A DNA stretch of 64,000 bases, taken from the NCBI GenBank assembly GCA_024137785.1, contig JAHRHZ010000013.1, positions 14,054,535 through 14,118,534 on the forward strand, written 5' to 3'. Below, piece after piece: positions 62,263 to 64,000 of this stretch (positions within the stretch are counted from its first letter, which is position 1; the number at the start of each line of letters is the position of its first letter). The DNA is from Ginglymostoma cirratum (lineage: Eukaryota). The translations under genes and the position numbers were made by a program. The notes below the pieces were generated by a model. It ran no database searches and was not told where the DNA came from. It was given only the letters and a program-made list of their open reading frames with translations.

Positions 62263-62899
62263 ATTGTGTTTTTTCTTGCAATTGTCCCAAAATCACCTCA
62301 TTAATTATGTACGACACTGTTTTTGAGTCCCATTCACCTGATGAAACCCAATTCTCTCTCTTGCTGTATATCAAAGTACTCATCATTGCCAGGATATCCC
62401 CAGATTCCTGATGTAGGTGCCACCTTTGAGCCCCAGGGATGCACCCAGTCAATTGTTGGCAGTCCAGGGCTGCTCTTTTCTGTGCACATAGTGTGACAGC
62501 TTCCAGAAACCAATGCTTCTCAGAGCACAGAAATGGCATGGCTTTCACTTCCGAGCATAGATAAGTGCGCATTACTTCACCTATCACTGTTTAAGCAACA
62601 AGCCACGCAGATTATGTGTTCATAGCCACATGCCATTTTACATTCATCTCTAAGTCTTTGCTGCTCTTTCCCCTATGCCTGCTGTAGCCCATTGTTCAAG
62701 GTGGGACCATCACATTGTGAAAAGCCTTCAAACTAGTCACTTTTACTAAACAGCAATCTTCCAAGGAGGAGAATGAGGACATTGAACAGGAGGAACCTTG
62801 TGCATGATAGAATATAGGAGTAACAAGTGCAACAAGCCAACGAGGATTTAAGTGACACTTGGTTCCAGTCGATGAGAGCTGAGAGCAAATAATCATTCA

Positions 62900-64000
62900 C
62901 AGTCTGTTACCATTAAATGAGATCATGGTTAATCTAATAATCCTGCTTTTTCACCATAACCCTTAATTTCCTTACCAATTAAAAATCAGCCTTTAAGATG
63001 CTTAATAACTCAACCTCGACATCCCCCTCTGGTGGAAAATTCCACAGATTGACCACCCTTAGAGAGAAAAAGAATTCCTCTTCCCAAATGTTCGACTCCT
63101 CATAATGAGATTATACCCTCTTGTCCAAGACTTTCTCTGCATACACCCTCTTAAGCCCACTAAGAATATTATGGTTTTTAATGATGTTTCCTCTCATTTT
63201 CCTAAACTCCAATAATTACAAGGAAATACCGCCAAAAGTAAAAGATAGAGGGGCAGAATTAGGCCATTCAGCCCATCGAAGTCTGCCCTGCCATTCAATC
63301 ATGGCTCTTATGCTCCTCACCCATTTTCCTGCCTTCTCCCCATAACTCTTCAACCCATTACCAATTCAAAATCTGCTTAATCTCTCCTTAAATTTACTGA
63401 CTGTCCTAGCATCTATCGTACTTTGGGGTAGTGAATTCCACAGATTAACAACCGAGCTGGTTTGTTGTTCCGCAGACGTTTCATTGCCCTGCTGGGTAAC
63501 ATCATTAGTGCAGCCTCCGATGAAGCGCTGCTGTGTTTTCCCACCTGTTATTTAAACTCTGGGGCCTAAATAACAGGTGGGAAAACACAACATCACTTCA
63601 TCAGAGGCTGCACTGATGATGTTACCCAGCAGGATAATGCGGAACAACAAACCAGCTCAGCGAGCCAACCAACCACAATGTCCACAACCCAAGCTACAAA
63701 TCTACTTTAAAACCTTAGAGATTAAAAACCCTTTGTAAGAAGTAGTTTGTCCTCAACTCTGTTTTAAATTTGCTACCCCTTATCCTAAGACTATGACCGC
63801 TTGTCCTAGAATGCCCCACAAGAGGAAGTATCCGCTCCACATCTATTTTATCTATATCTTGAATACCTCAATTTGATCTCCCCTTATTCTTCTAAATTCC
63901 AGAGAGTATAGGCTTAAACTTCTCTTCATACGACAAACCCTTCATCACTGGGATCAATCTGGTGAACCTCTTCTGAACTGCCTCCAATGCCGTTACATCT
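62900..64000 (-). mobile_element. Two adjacent CR1 LINE 3' fragments (~62900-63220 and ~63245-64000)
   Basis: CR1 3' UTR aggccattcagccc...ccattcaatcatggct and gaattccacagatt in both fragments. Confidence 0.85.
63454..63716. mobile_element. Foldback Penelope-like mini-element of a second family, 14-bp TSD
   Basis: Arms 63454-63554 and 63567-63658 are inverted copies; TSD acagattaacaacc (63440-63453) / agagattaaaaacc (63717-63730); CTGATGA...GAAACGTC core. Confidence 0.85.

Noticed and set aside
12800-64000. Expected syntenic neighbours TRIL or CPVL
   Set aside because: No long single-exon LRR ORF and no recognisable carboxypeptidase exon found by eye; small exons could have been missed.

Overview
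Vertebrate genomic DNA, almost certainly from a shark: it carries HE1/V-SINE, DeuSINE, CR1, Rex1 and Penelope repeats typical of elasmobranchs. The only host gene I can support is the 3' end of CREB5 (bZIP, ATF2 family) on the + strand: two coding exons (577-685, 5410-5573) and an inferred ~7.2 kb AU-rich, repeat-poor 3' UTR ending near 12.8 kb. The remaining ~51 kb is intergenic and dense in decayed mobile elements: CR1, L2, Rex1/Babar, PIF/Harbinger, a Gmr1-type LTR retrotransposon relic, several SINE families and many Penelope-like (PLE) fragments. Most ORF-track entries are spurious or TE fragments. Two signals stand out. (1) A set of 165-265 bp foldback PLE mini-elements, each flanked by a 14-bp target-site duplication and carrying minimal hammerhead-ribozyme cores with compensatory stem changes. 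(2) A LINE with a tRNA-derived Pol III head and no evident ORF1, whose own head+tail deletion derivative (a SINE) is nested inside it. All calls are by eye; repeat boundaries are approximate (tens of bp) and no database search was run.
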